DNA of 64,000 nucleotides from a virus (Duplodnaviria; Caudoviricetes): IMG/VR virus record IMGVR_UViG_3300042988_000067, positions 399 to 64,398 of that record; one strand, 5' to 3'. Shown piece by piece: positions 63,846 to 64,000 of this stretch (position 1 is its first letter; each line of letters starts with the position of its first letter). The notes under the pieces were generated by a model. It saw only the letters and a program-made list of their open reading frames with translations, ran no database searches and was not told where the DNA came from. The position numbers and the translations under genes were made by a program.

Positions 63846-64000
63846 TTAGACCTCGTACTGGAAGTTGAAGTAGATATACTTGTTTGTCCCAGTTGGGCAG
63901 TTTGCTGTGGTGATCTGTGTACGCTGGCCGTTGGTTGCGTTGTTGTGCTCTATAAACAGTGTATTAGATGAAGCTTGCACAGACGCATAGAATGGGCCGA
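63846..64000 (-). CDS. 3' end of a second copy of the 3828..4718 fibre gene (partial)
   Basis: Sequence matches 3828..3982. Confidence 0.7.
   Translation of the reverse strand, partial: GPFYASVQASSNTLFIEHNNATNGQRTQITTANCPTGTNKYIYFNFQYEV

Larger units (their letters stand above)
62463..64000. repeat. Direct repeat copy 2 (extends to the window end)
   Basis: Matches 2445..3982. Confidence 0.95.

Noticed and set aside
62463-64000. Simple terminal redundancy or circular overlap
   Set aside because: The sequence left of the two copies is different (1-2440 does not match 60019-62460), so a plain overlap cannot explain it
1-64000. Alternative genetic code or stop-codon reassignment
   Set aside because: Core genes (TerL, portal, capsid, primase) are full length in the standard code, and all three stop codons are used

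Overview
The window is essentially one complete ~60-kb tailed-phage genome with a podovirus-like layout. The sigma70, Fis, IHF and DnaA sites plus two-component spanins point to a Gram-negative, probably proteobacterial host. It also contains ~1.5 kb of a second copy: 62463-64000 repeats 2445-3982 at an offset of 60,018 bp, but the two copies continue into different downstream genes. The minus strand carries a primase-helicase, RusA, terminase, portal, a Gly-rich fibre block, GroES, a homing endonuclease, scaffold and capsid, lysis genes, adaptor/nozzle, tail-fibre modules and large internal-virion proteins. The plus strand (30.6-47.5 kb) carries the early and recombination genes, driven by seven related sigma70 promoters and a repeated (CTAA)n leader. 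No integrase, DNA polymerase, reverse transcriptase, tRNA or CRISPR array was seen. The most striking observations are: (1) a canonical type I hammerhead ribozyme between the first two early genes, plus two further large structured intergenic RNAs and an RNase III-like hairpin, suggesting an RNA-level processing system for the early transcript; (2) an apparently excisable or alternative tail-fibre cassette; (3) a virion polyprotein built from tandem pre-toxin-TG-like + cargo + 'xxGGxV' modules; (4) an oriC-like DnaA/Fis/IHF cluster and a GTGACA-N8-TGTCAC iteron array. All calls come from motif recognition by eye; no database search or folding program was run.
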